Virus record (IMG/VR): IMGVR_UViG_2537561980_000012
Length of the DNA: 44,575 nt
Source of the DNA: a virus
Taxonomy: Duplodnaviria; Heunggongvirae; Uroviricota; Caudoviricetes
Strand: one strand, 5' to 3'
Part shown: in pieces, positions 18,502 to 26,204 of the stretch
Layout: every line of letters begins with the position of its first letter
Position numbering within the stretch: position 1 is the stretch's first letter
Position numbers and translations under genes: made by a program
The notes under the pieces: generated by a model
What the model saw: the letters and a program-made list of their open reading frames with translations, nothing else
What the model was told of the DNA's origin: nothing
The model's database searches: none

Positions 18502-19560
18502 TTACGCTCCGGCTTCTGCTGCGGCGGCGCTGAAATCACCAATCTGGATGTTTTCCACCAGTGCGGCGCAGCGGTAGTCCTCAACCACATAGGCTTCATT
18601 AACGGATTCAAAGTTTTCAATCCGGTCACGTTTCGGGTTGTCGATAACTGAACGGCGGCGGGTGTCTTCCTGCCAGTAGATGGACAAGTTATCCAGACGG
18701 GTGATCAGCAGTGCATTCGGCGGGAAGAACGGCGCACGCACGGCCTGCAGGCCACCCATGCGTTTCTGACTGATGATCATATCGGCAGCGAGTTTTTCAC
18801 TGTTTTCCTGCTCTTTGTTGACCAGTGGGAAATACTTGTCAGACAACAGTTCACGACCGCAAATCACCACCAGATCGTCATCGTCCTGGTAGACCACGTC
18901 GATAAGCTCATTGACGGCATCCATCACCACGGCGTCCAGGTTGGCATATTCGCCACCTTTACCGACTTTCACCGCGCCCGGTGTGGTTTCACCGCCTGTG
19001 GTGGTGCTGCCCATGACGTGATCCGGTGCATCCTCACGGATTTTCTGCAGCCAGCCTTTGTTCACATCCTGCAGCAGCGGGTTTTCACTACGGTTGGAGG
19101 TTTTCGCACGCTTCACGCCGTTAAAGCCGATCATGATGCGGTCCAGTGCCTGACGTTTCACGATGGCGTCACGGATACGCACCTGGAAATCCTGAAATTT
19201 CGCCCACAGGTCCAGCTTCGCGTAGGTCAGCACCGTGTCAAAGTTGGTCTGCTCGCATTTGTATTCCACATCGACCATCAGCGTCGGATCGACAGGTTCA
19301 CGCTCTTTCGCGGTGGTATCAGTGGTTCCGGCAATGGTGCTGCCAACACCCAACCCCAGCAGCTGACCGGACTGCTCAGTCACTGGCGTGACGTTAATCA
19401 GCGTCAGGAAAGCGGCGGACTGCTGGATCTGGTCTTCCAGCGTCTGCTGTACAGACGGCTCCACGGTGAACTTGCTGGACAGTTCTTCAACTGCCACACC
19501 GTTCAGACGCGCCAGCTGCTGCAGGTAAGCGTTAAAAGCAAAGCGGGTATTCTTCTTCAT
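18502..19560 (-). CDS. N: Major capsid protein N
   Basis: 352 aa gpN-like. Confidence 0.9.
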   Translation of the reverse strand: MKKNTRFAFNAYLQQLARLNGVAVEELSSKFTVEPSVQQTLEDQIQQSAAFLTLINVTPVTEQSGQLLGLGVGSTIAGTTDTTAKEREPVDPTLMVDVEYKCEQTNFDTVLTYAKLDLWAKFQDFQVRIRDAIVKRQALDRIMIGFNGVKRAKTSNRSENPLLQDVNKGWLQKIREDAPDHVMGSTTTGGETTPGAVKVGKGGEYANLDAVVMDAVNELIDVVYQDDDDLVVICGRELLSDKYFPLVNKEQENSEKLAADMIISQKRMGGLQAVRAPFFPPNALLITRLDNLSIYWQEDTRRRSVIDNPKRDRIENFESVNEAYVVEDYRCAALVENIQIGDFSAAAAEAGA

Positions 19561-19576
19561 CAGGTTTTGTGCTCCA

Positions 19577-20410
19577 TCAGCAATTGGTCAGAGTGTCAGC
19601 GGGGGCGTTACCGCCTGTTGCACGCTGGCGGTAGTCCTGGCGGCTGTCTTCATGACTCAGCTTATTCACCAGTTCGTTAAAAGCGGTTTGCTGCTCCTGC
19701 AGAGCAGTCTCCAGTTCAGACAGGCGTTCTTCCTGCTCAGACAGGGATTTTTCGGTGCGTGCGCTCAGGTTCTGCTGCTCAGTGGCGACCAGCTCCACGG
19801 CCTTATGCACATCAGAGAACCGGGCATCATCGGACTGCTCTTTTTTGGTGAACAGCGCCGTGACACGGGCAAACAGGGACGGTTTGTCATCCTGGATTTC
19901 TTCCAGTTCGATCACCGTTTCCTCTGCAGCGGTAAAGAGATTGGCAGGATTCTGCTTGCGGCTTGCCAGCGGGTTATGGGCTGCACTGGCGCTGAATGTC
20001 AGCATTTCCGTACCCAGACTGGCTGGATCATCAGTGGCAGCCAGGCCGACCAGGTAGGCTTTGCCCGTATCAGCAAACTTCGGGCTGACTTCCATAGAGG
20101 TGAATAATTTCTGGCCTTTTTTCACCAGCTCCACCAGGGACTCCGTTGGCTCAACGTCGGCATACAGCGCCATCTTGCCTGCCAGCGGACCTTCCGTGAT
20201 TTCTTCAGCAAACAGCGCCGTCACCTTGCCGTAGCGGTTAAAGGTGCTGTCCGGCAGATAAGACTTGATGTGCTCAAGGTTAATCAGCGCGGTATACACC
20301 GCCGGGTTGTAGCTGGCTGCCATCTGTTCCAGCCATTCACGCTGGATTTCGCGTCCGTCGGTGGTGGCACCTTCCACCCCGATGCGAAAACGCTTTGCTT
20401 TCACTGTCAT
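19577..20410 (-). CDS. O: Capsid scaffolding protein O
   Basis: 277 aa gpO-like with coiled-coil C-terminus. Confidence 0.85.
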   Translation of the reverse strand: MTVKAKRFRIGVEGATTDGREIQREWLEQMAASYNPAVYTALINLEHIKSYLPDSTFNRYGKVTALFAEEITEGPLAGKMALYADVEPTESLVELVKKGQKLFTSMEVSPKFADTGKAYLVGLAATDDPASLGTEMLTFSASAAHNPLASRKQNPANLFTAAEETVIELEEIQDDKPSLFARVTALFTKKEQSDDARFSDVHKAVELVATEQQNLSARTEKSLSEQEERLSELETALQEQQTAFNELVNKLSHEDSRQDYRQRATGGNAPADTLTNC

Positions 20411-20488
20411 GAGCCGTGCTCCGTTAGAAAAAACTTACTGGAGCCTTATGGTTGCGGTGATGGGGGCAGTGAAACAATGCGCGGTATT

Positions 20489-20506
20489 TGTACCGACAAC
20501 CACACA
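20489..20506. promoter_or_regulatory. Ogr-box-like dyad TGT-N12-ACA in the divergent O/P late promoter region
   Basis: 'tgtaccgacaaccacaca' 47-64 bp upstream of the P start codon. Confidence 0.5.
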
Positions 20507-20552
20507 AACCGCAGGCGGGGAAAGCCTTCATTCAAGGCTGTAGGTTTGTGCC

Positions 20553-22319
20553 ATGAACACCACACTGACACCCGCAGATCTCGATCCCCGTCGGCAGGCC
20601 ATGCTGCTGTACTTTCAGGGATACCGCGTAGCCCGCATTGCTGAAATGCTGGGCGAGAAAGTTGCAACCGTTCACAGCTGGAAAAAACGCGACAAGTGGG
20701 GTGACTATGGGCCGCTGGATCAGATGCAGCTCACCACCGCCGCACGCTACTGCCAGCTCATTATGAAGGAGCACAAAGAAGGGAAAGATTTCAAAGAGAT
20801 TGACCTGCTGGCGCGCCAGTCGGAGCGCCACGCGCGGATCGGCAAGTTTAACAATGGCGGCAACGAATCCGACTTAAACCCTAACGTCGCCAACCGCAAC
20901 AAAGGCCCGCGCCGTCAGCCGGAAAAGAATGTTTTCACCGATGAGCAGATTGAGAAGCTGGAAGAAATCTTCCATTCCTCCATGTTCAACTACCAGCGCC
21001 ACTGGTGGGAAGCCGGAAAAACCAACCGCATCCGCAACCTGCTGAAGTCACGCCAGATCGGCGCGACCTTTTACTTTGCCCGTGAAGCCCTGATTGACGC
21101 TCTGCTTACCGGACGTAACCAGATTTTTCTTTCCGCCAGCAAGGCACAGGCTCACGTCTTTAAGCAGTACATCATAGACTTCGCCAAAGAAGTCGAGGTG
21201 GAGCTGAAAGGCGATCCGATGGTGCTTCCTAACGGAGCCACGCTTTACTTCCTCGGCACCAATGCCCGCACGGCCCAGAGTTACCACGGCAACCTGTATC
21301 TGGATGAATATTTCTGGATACCGAAATTCCAGGAGCTGCGCAAAGTGGCTTCTGGTATGGCTATTCACAAAAAATGGCGACAAACCTATTTTTCCACGCC
21401 ATCCAGCCTGACACACAGTGCTTATCCGTTCTGGTCCGGTGCGCTGTTCAACCGTGGGCGCAATAAAGCCGATAAGGTGGACATCGACCTGTCCCACAGC
21501 AATCTGGCCCCCGGCCTGCTGTGCGCAGACGGGCAATACCGCCAGATAGTCACCGTGGAAGATGCAGTGCGCGGCGGATGTAACCTTTTCGACCTCGATC
21601 AGTTGCGCATGGAGTACAGCCCGGACGAATACCAGAACCTGCTGATGTGCGAGTTTGTGGACGATCTCGCGTCCGTGTTCCCGCTCAGCGAGCTGCAGGC
21701 GTGCATGGTGGACAGTTGGGAAGTCTGGACCGACTTTCATGCACTGGCCCTGCGCCCGTTTGGCTGGCGCGAAGTGTGGATCGGTTATGACCCGGCAAAA
21801 GGTACGCAAAACGGCGACAGCGCCGGGTGCGTGGTGGTGGCACCGCCAGCCGTGCCGGGCGGTAAGTTCCGCATTCTTGAGCGTCACCAGTGGCGCGGGA
21901 TGGACTTCCGCGCCCAGGCTAACGCCATCAAAAAACTGACTGAACAGTACAACGTGACATACATCGGTATCGACTCAACCGGCGTCGGTCACGGGGTTTA
22001 CGAGAACGTGAAAGCGTTTTTTCCTGCCGTCCGGGAGTTTGTCTACAACCCCAACGTTAAAAACGCCCTGGTACTCAAGGCCTACGACATTATTAGCCAC
22101 CGCCGCCTGGAGTTTGACGCCGGGCACACCGACATAGCGCAGTCCTTTATGGCAATCCGTCGCGCCACCACTGCCAGCGGCAACCGCCCGACCTATGAGG
22201 CCAGCCGCAGCGAAGAAGCCAGCCACGCCGATCTGGCCTGGGCAACAATGCACGCACTGTTTAACGAACCGCTGCAGGGCGAGTCCGCCAATACCAGCAA
22301 TATTGTGGAGATTTTTTGA
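20553..22319 (+). CDS. P: Terminase large (ATPase) subunit P
   Basis: 588 aa gpP-like; divergent from O as in P2. Confidence 0.9.
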   Translation: MNTTLTPADLDPRRQAMLLYFQGYRVARIAEMLGEKVATVHSWKKRDKWGDYGPLDQMQLTTAARYCQLIMKEHKEGKDFKEIDLLARQSERHARIGKFNNGGNESDLNPNVANRNKGPRRQPEKNVFTDEQIEKLEEIFHSSMFNYQRHWWEAGKTNRIRNLLKSRQIGATFYFAREALIDALLTGRNQIFLSASKAQAHVFKQYIIDFAKEVEVELKGDPMVLPNGATLYFLGTNARTAQSYHGNLYLDEYFWIPKFQELRKVASGMAIHKKWRQTYFSTPSSLTHSAYPFWSGALFNRGRNKADKVDIDLSHSNLAPGLLCADGQYRQIVTVEDAVRGGCNLFDLDQLRMEYSPDEYQNLLMCEFVDDLASVFPLSELQACMVDSWEVWTDFHALALRPFGWREVWIGYDPAKGTQNGDSAGCVVVAPPAVPGGKFRILERHQWRGMDFRAQANAIKKLTEQYNVTYIGIDSTGVGHGVYENVKAFFPAVREFVYNPNVKNALVLKAYDIISHRRLEFDAGHTDIAQSFMAIRRATTASGNRPTYEASRSEEASHADLAWATMHALFNEPLQGESANTSNIVEIF

Positions 22320-23344
22320 TGGGAAAGAGTAAGAAAAACCGCGCTGCGGCGACGAATCAGCTCAAGCATAAAAGCCAAACTTCAGCCGAAGCATTCAGCT
22401 TTGGCGATCCCGTTCCTGTTCTGGACCGCCGTGAACTGCTGGACTATGTGGAATGCGTACAGATGGACCGCTGGTATGAGCCGCCCGTCAGCTTTGACGG
22501 ACTGGCACGAACCTTCCGCGCCGCCGTGCATCACAGCTCACCAATTGCGGTGAAATGCAACATTCTGACCAGTACCTACATCCCTCACCCGCTGCTCAGC
22601 CAGCAGGCTTTTTCACGTTTTGTGCAGGACTATCTGGTATTTGGTAACGCCTACCTGGAGAAACGCACGAACCGCTTCGGTGAAGTTATCGCCCTTGAGC
22701 CTGCTCTGGCAAAATACACCCGACGCGGGTTAGACCTGGATACCTACTGGTTTGTGCAATACGGTATGACAACCCAGCCGTATCAGTTCACGAAAGGCAG
22801 CATTTTTCATCTGATGGAACCGGACATCAACCAGGAGATCTACGGCCTGCCAGGTTATCTTTCTGCCATTCCATCAGCCCTGCTCAACGAGTCCGCCACG
22901 CTGTTCCGCCGCAAGTATTACATTAACGGCAGTCATGCAGGCTTCATCATGTACATGACCGATGCCGCGCAGAACCAGGAGGATGTGAACAACCTCCGCA
23001 ATGCGATGAAAAGCGCCAAAGGCCCTGGCAACTTCCGCAACCTGTTTATGTACTCGCCTAACGGCAAAAAGGACGGGCTTCAGATCATCCCGTTGTCAGA
23101 AGTCGCGGCGAAGGATGAGTTTCTGAATATCAAAAATGTCAGCCGCGATGACATGATGGCAGCGCATCGTGTGCCGCCGCAAATGATGGGGATTATGCCG
23201 AATAATGTTGGGGGGTTTGGGGATGTGGAGAAGGCAAGCCGTGTGTTTGTTCGTAACGAACTAATACCATTGCAAAAAAGATTGGATGAGTTAAATAATT
23301 GGTTAGACGATAAAATAATAACATTTAACACATACAATTTTTAA
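22316..23344 (+). CDS. Q: Portal protein Q (last ~28 codons are AT-rich, cargo-like)
   Basis: 342 aa gpQ-like; ATGA overlap with P; abrupt composition change from about 23250. Confidence 0.9.
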   Translation: MMGKSKKNRAAATNQLKHKSQTSAEAFSFGDPVPVLDRRELLDYVECVQMDRWYEPPVSFDGLARTFRAAVHHSSPIAVKCNILTSTYIPHPLLSQQAFSRFVQDYLVFGNAYLEKRTNRFGEVIALEPALAKYTRRGLDLDTYWFVQYGMTTQPYQFTKGSIFHLMEPDINQEIYGLPGYLSAIPSALLNESATLFRRKYYINGSHAGFIMYMTDAAQNQEDVNNLRNAMKSAKGPGNFRNLFMYSPNGKKDGLQIIPLSEVAAKDEFLNIKNVSRDDMMAAHRVPPQMMGIMPNNVGGFGDVEKASRVFVRNELIPLQKRLDELNNWLDDKIITFNTYNF

Positions 23345-23345
23345 A

Positions 23346-23371
23346 GCAAGCCCTCAATCGAGGGCTTTTGA
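23346..23371. terminator. Hairpin terminator shared by convergent Q and the three-gene cargo operon
   Basis: Stem 'agccctc'/'gagggct' with loop 'aatc', followed by 'ttttg' on plus and 'gcttt' on minus. Confidence 0.6.
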
Positions 23372-23374
23372 AAA

Positions 23375-23896
23375 TCAGTTAATCAGTTTATTTAATGACT
23401 TAGACCACTTCTGTCCCAAATCATCAATATCAAAATCACCATCTCGCTGCTGCCATTTAAAAACTAAGGCTATAAGTTCACTCTTGAGGATTCTTTTATA
23501 ATAATCCTTAGATTTTAATTGCTCAAGTATATGTTCACCAACCTCAGCAAGCTTTCTATGATTTAATTCTGACAGATCTCGATGCAAATGGTTAACTGAT
23601 TTATACAAAGTATTTCCTTCAGTACGAGAAATATCAATACCTTTATCTTCAAACCATTGTGAATCAAGCCAAACCAAATCTATCGTAGCTGGCTCTGACA
23701 TCGTGGTGGCAAGGGCAACAATAATTTTCTCTACCGATTCATCTTGAAAATCGATAGAGTCAGAAACCCAAACTGACAAGGTGTTATTAGAGGTCCTTGT
23801 GCAACCTGTTATCGCGTCTGCGGATATATTGTCAGGTGCTCTACCTTTATTACATTCCCATTTACTATGGGATATTTTACGCAATAAATATGTCAT
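23375..23896 (-). CDS. Hypothetical protein, third gene of AT-rich cargo operon (173 aa)
   Basis: ATG overlaps the upstream stop as TAATG; low GC; no recognisable motif. Confidence 0.7.
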   Translation of the reverse strand: MTYLLRKISHSKWECNKGRAPDNISADAITGCTRTSNNTLSVWVSDSIDFQDESVEKIIVALATTMSEPATIDLVWLDSQWFEDKGIDISRTEGNTLYKSVNHLHRDLSELNHRKLAEVGEHILEQLKSKDYYKRILKSELIALVFKWQQRDGDFDIDDLGQKWSKSLNKLIN

Positions 23897-24543
23897 TATA
23901 GACTTCTCAAATATCCTATAACTGCTTCTTTATATTCTTCCACCCAATCAGCATCAAATTTCCTCATTCTTTCAAGGACTGGAATAAATGATTTTTCCCC
24001 CCAAGACTCAACTGCACGGATCGCTGCCTCAAATATAAGTTCATTCTCAAGAGAACAAACTCCCATAATCATAGCGTCAGCTTTATTACCTAACCATTCA
24101 TATTCAATAGTCGATGCAAAATTAATGAAGTTCTTTACATGTTGATCATTCATTCTGTACAATTGTACCCATGTCCTTTGAAAGGACTCTTGGAATAAAT
24201 CCTGATTTTTATCATACAAGAACTCCATGTAAATCTGTGTCTTGCTTATCTCGCCTTCAATGTAATCTTCTGAACATGTTAACTCAATTAGTCTAGAGGT
24301 ACATTTTGAAACCTGAATTTCAAAGTTCTGCTTAGTTGACGAACCTTGATTTATTGACTCAGTCTCTAATTGAAAGCCACCATTTGTTTTGCTATGTGAC
24401 AGCTCATTTCTTTTAATATCAGCGTAAATGATATTGTTACCATCATAATAATCAGAAAATGCACCTATTGAACTTACCCCATTTTTAAACTTAGGTAAGC
24501 CAAAAGGCTTTTCATCACTTATTATAAAACTATTCTTTACCAT
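23896..24543 (-). CDS. Hypothetical protein, second gene of AT-rich cargo operon (215 aa)
   Basis: Starts 9 nt after the upstream stop with 'aggtga' RBS; no recognisable motif. Confidence 0.7.
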   Translation of the reverse strand: MVKNSFIISDEKPFGLPKFKNGVSSIGAFSDYYDGNNIIYADIKRNELSHSKTNGGFQLETESINQGSSTKQNFEIQVSKCTSRLIELTCSEDYIEGEISKTQIYMEFLYDKNQDLFQESFQRTWVQLYRMNDQHVKNFINFASTIEYEWLGNKADAMIMGVCSLENELIFEAAIRAVESWGEKSFIPVLERMRKFDADWVEEYKEAVIGYLRSL

Positions 24544-24552
24544 AGCATCACC

Positions 24553-25248
24553 TTACAGAGAAGTGTAGCGTTGTAAATTATCAATAGTTTTAAGATTGTC
24601 CTGACACAATAACTCTAGCACGCGGATATATTCATCCCAACCAAACCGCATATATCCATTTTGAGGAAGAGTATTAGTATCAGTTTCAAATAATACGCAA
24701 TCACTTGGCATACCATTATTCAAAAATGGAGCTGAAATTTCAGCGCGTCTAATTGTACTAATACTATTAATTTCTTCCTGATACTCTTCAATATTTTTCC
24801 TTACAGCTATACGATTGTCCCACTCAAATGGATTAACACCTTTATAGGTAAACAAAGCATTGTAAAGCGAAAAGTAAACAGATTCATCCCCTTGATAGAT
24901 ACGTGAATTCAGAACAGCTATCCTATTTCCTTTTTTCATCGGAAATACGTTTTGTAGTTCCCTAGATATAGATAGAACCATTTCTGAAAACGCTTGAGGT
25001 TCCCCCCCCAAACCATTAAAAATGATTCCATGGCTAGGAAACTCGACTCTTACTGTTTGATTGGTATCTACCATGATAAGAATTTGCTTTTTCTCACCAG
25101 TGATGGCATTAATCTCCTGACCAAAAGTAGGTACAAATCCAAATTTTCCAATCTTATCAAGCATAGATCCAATAGTTAGTGTATTTGGAACTATATCATT
25201 ATTATTTGTGAAAAAATTAATCTGATGCGTCTGTTCAATCAATTTCAT
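24553..25248 (-). CDS. Hypothetical protein, first gene of AT-rich cargo operon (231 aa)
   Basis: ATG start with AGGAG 6 nt upstream; no recognisable motif. Confidence 0.7.
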   Translation of the reverse strand: MKLIEQTHQINFFTNNNDIVPNTLTIGSMLDKIGKFGFVPTFGQEINAITGEKKQILIMVDTNQTVRVEFPSHGIIFNGLGGEPQAFSEMVLSISRELQNVFPMKKGNRIAVLNSRIYQGDESVYFSLYNALFTYKGVNPFEWDNRIAVRKNIEEYQEEINSISTIRRAEISAPFLNNGMPSDCVLFETDTNTLPQNGYMRFGWDEYIRVLELLCQDNLKTIDNLQRYTSL

Positions 25249-25385
25249 AATTGCTCCTTGTTCAAAAAAACACCACCGCTCAGTGGTTCCTCTCTGTTAA
25301 AATATTCTAGTTCAACTTACTCTCAATATGAATCAAAGCTTAACCCTGGTTGGTAATTAAGTCACACTTTTCTTCATAGTAAGGG

Positions 25386-25404
25386 ATTTCGCGCGCTCGT
25401 ATCC
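25386..25404. other. cos-like cohesive-end site (P2/186 type)
   Basis: Minus strand reads 'GGCGTGGCGGGGATACGAG'; first 13 nt match the 186/P2 19-nt cohesive end as I recall it (GGCG[T/A]GGCGGGGAAAGCA). Confidence 0.5.
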
Positions 25405-25459
25405 CCGCCACGCCTGCCCGCTTTATGTAGTGGTTTTCATGCACCTGCATGAGCTACGC

Positions 25460-25483
25460 AAAAGCCCGCCAGTTCTGGCGGGC
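25460..25483 (-). terminator. Rho-independent terminator downstream of the DinI-like gene
   Basis: Stem 'gcccgccag'/'ctggcgggc' followed by a T-run on the minus strand. Confidence 0.6.
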
Positions 25484-25618
25484 CTTAGCAAAAACGATCC
25501 TCAAACGATCATGCGATCTCATGCGGCATAGACATGCACTACAGAGCTAACGCCTCGCAAGGGCTCGTTGTTCAACCTTGCTGACGCCAGAAGCAAGTTC
25601 AGACGCCAGCAACGTTTC

Positions 25619-25849
25619 TTAATGCAGCCAGCTGTCGTCTTCCCACACCTTCTGCATAATTTTCATCACTTGTTTTCTTTCTTCGTCCAGTTGCAGTCCG
25701 GTTAGTTCCACACCGTTAGAGCTACCTTTGCGAATGCGAATTACCGTTTTGGGATACAGGGGGCGCAGATTGCGGTAAAGCTCGGATTCAAGGGCGTCCA
25801 GGGTAGACTGGCTAATCTTCTGCTCTTTATCGATCATTATTTCAATGCG
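25619..25849 (-). CDS. DinI-family protein (Tum-like antirepressor C-terminal module)
   Basis: 'MRIEIMIDKEQ...LDALESELYRNLRPLYP...VWEDDSW' resembles E. coli DinI ('MRIEVTIAK...AGELSRRIQYAFP...TWESADDW'); GAGGTGA RBS before the ATG. Confidence 0.7.
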   Translation of the reverse strand, partial: RIEIMIDKEQKISQSTLDALESELYRNLRPLYPKTVIRIRKGSSNGVELTGLQLDEERKQVMKIMQKVWEDDSWLH

Positions 25850-25862
25850 CATAAAAGTCACC

Positions 25863-26051
25863 TCAGCTGATGACATCCATTGAGCGGTTGTATTCGTGGG
25901 TTCTGATTTTTGCCATGAGTTCATCAGTCAATTCAGAAACCCACTGCAGAGCCAGCCCCTTCTCTTCATCACTACACTCACTAGCCGCTACAAGCTTAAG
26001 AAAAAAATCAATGCGCTGGAGCTTCAAAGACTCCAAAAAATAGTCCTGCAT
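25863..26051 (-). CDS. Small SOS-regulated protein (62 aa), co-transcribed with the DinI-like gene
   Basis: ATG at 26051 with GGAGG RBS; LexA box about 45 bp upstream; its stop overlaps the RBS of the next gene. Confidence 0.5.
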   Translation of the reverse strand: MQDYFLESLKLQRIDFFLKLVAASECSDEEKGLALQWVSELTDELMAKIRTHEYNRSMDVIS

Positions 26052-26092
26052 CTTTCCTCCTATGACACCACACGCAATACTGTATGTATAAC

Positions 26093-26112
26093 CACTGTTT
26101 ATATTTACAGTA
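26093..26112. promoter_or_regulatory. LexA operator (SOS box) CTGT-N8-ACAG
   Basis: 'cACTGTttatatttACAGTa', perfect to the core consensus, overlapping an AT-rich -10-like region. Confidence 0.75.
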
Positions 26113-26204
26113 TATAATAATCTTACTGATGTAAAACGTTTTTTTACATTCATCAGCCTGATATGCCTGGTATTATTAAGAGCACGAATTGTTAACCCGC
26201 GTAA

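Noticed and set aside
21048-21887. 279-aa minus-strand ORF inside terminase gene P
   Set aside because: Fully embedded antisense to gpP; His/Arg/Ala-rich composition; spurious.
25863-26153. Longer 96-aa version of the SOS-regulated small ORF starting at 26153
   Set aside because: That start would place the LexA box and promoter inside the coding region; the ATG at 26051 with a GGAGG RBS downstream of the operator is preferred.
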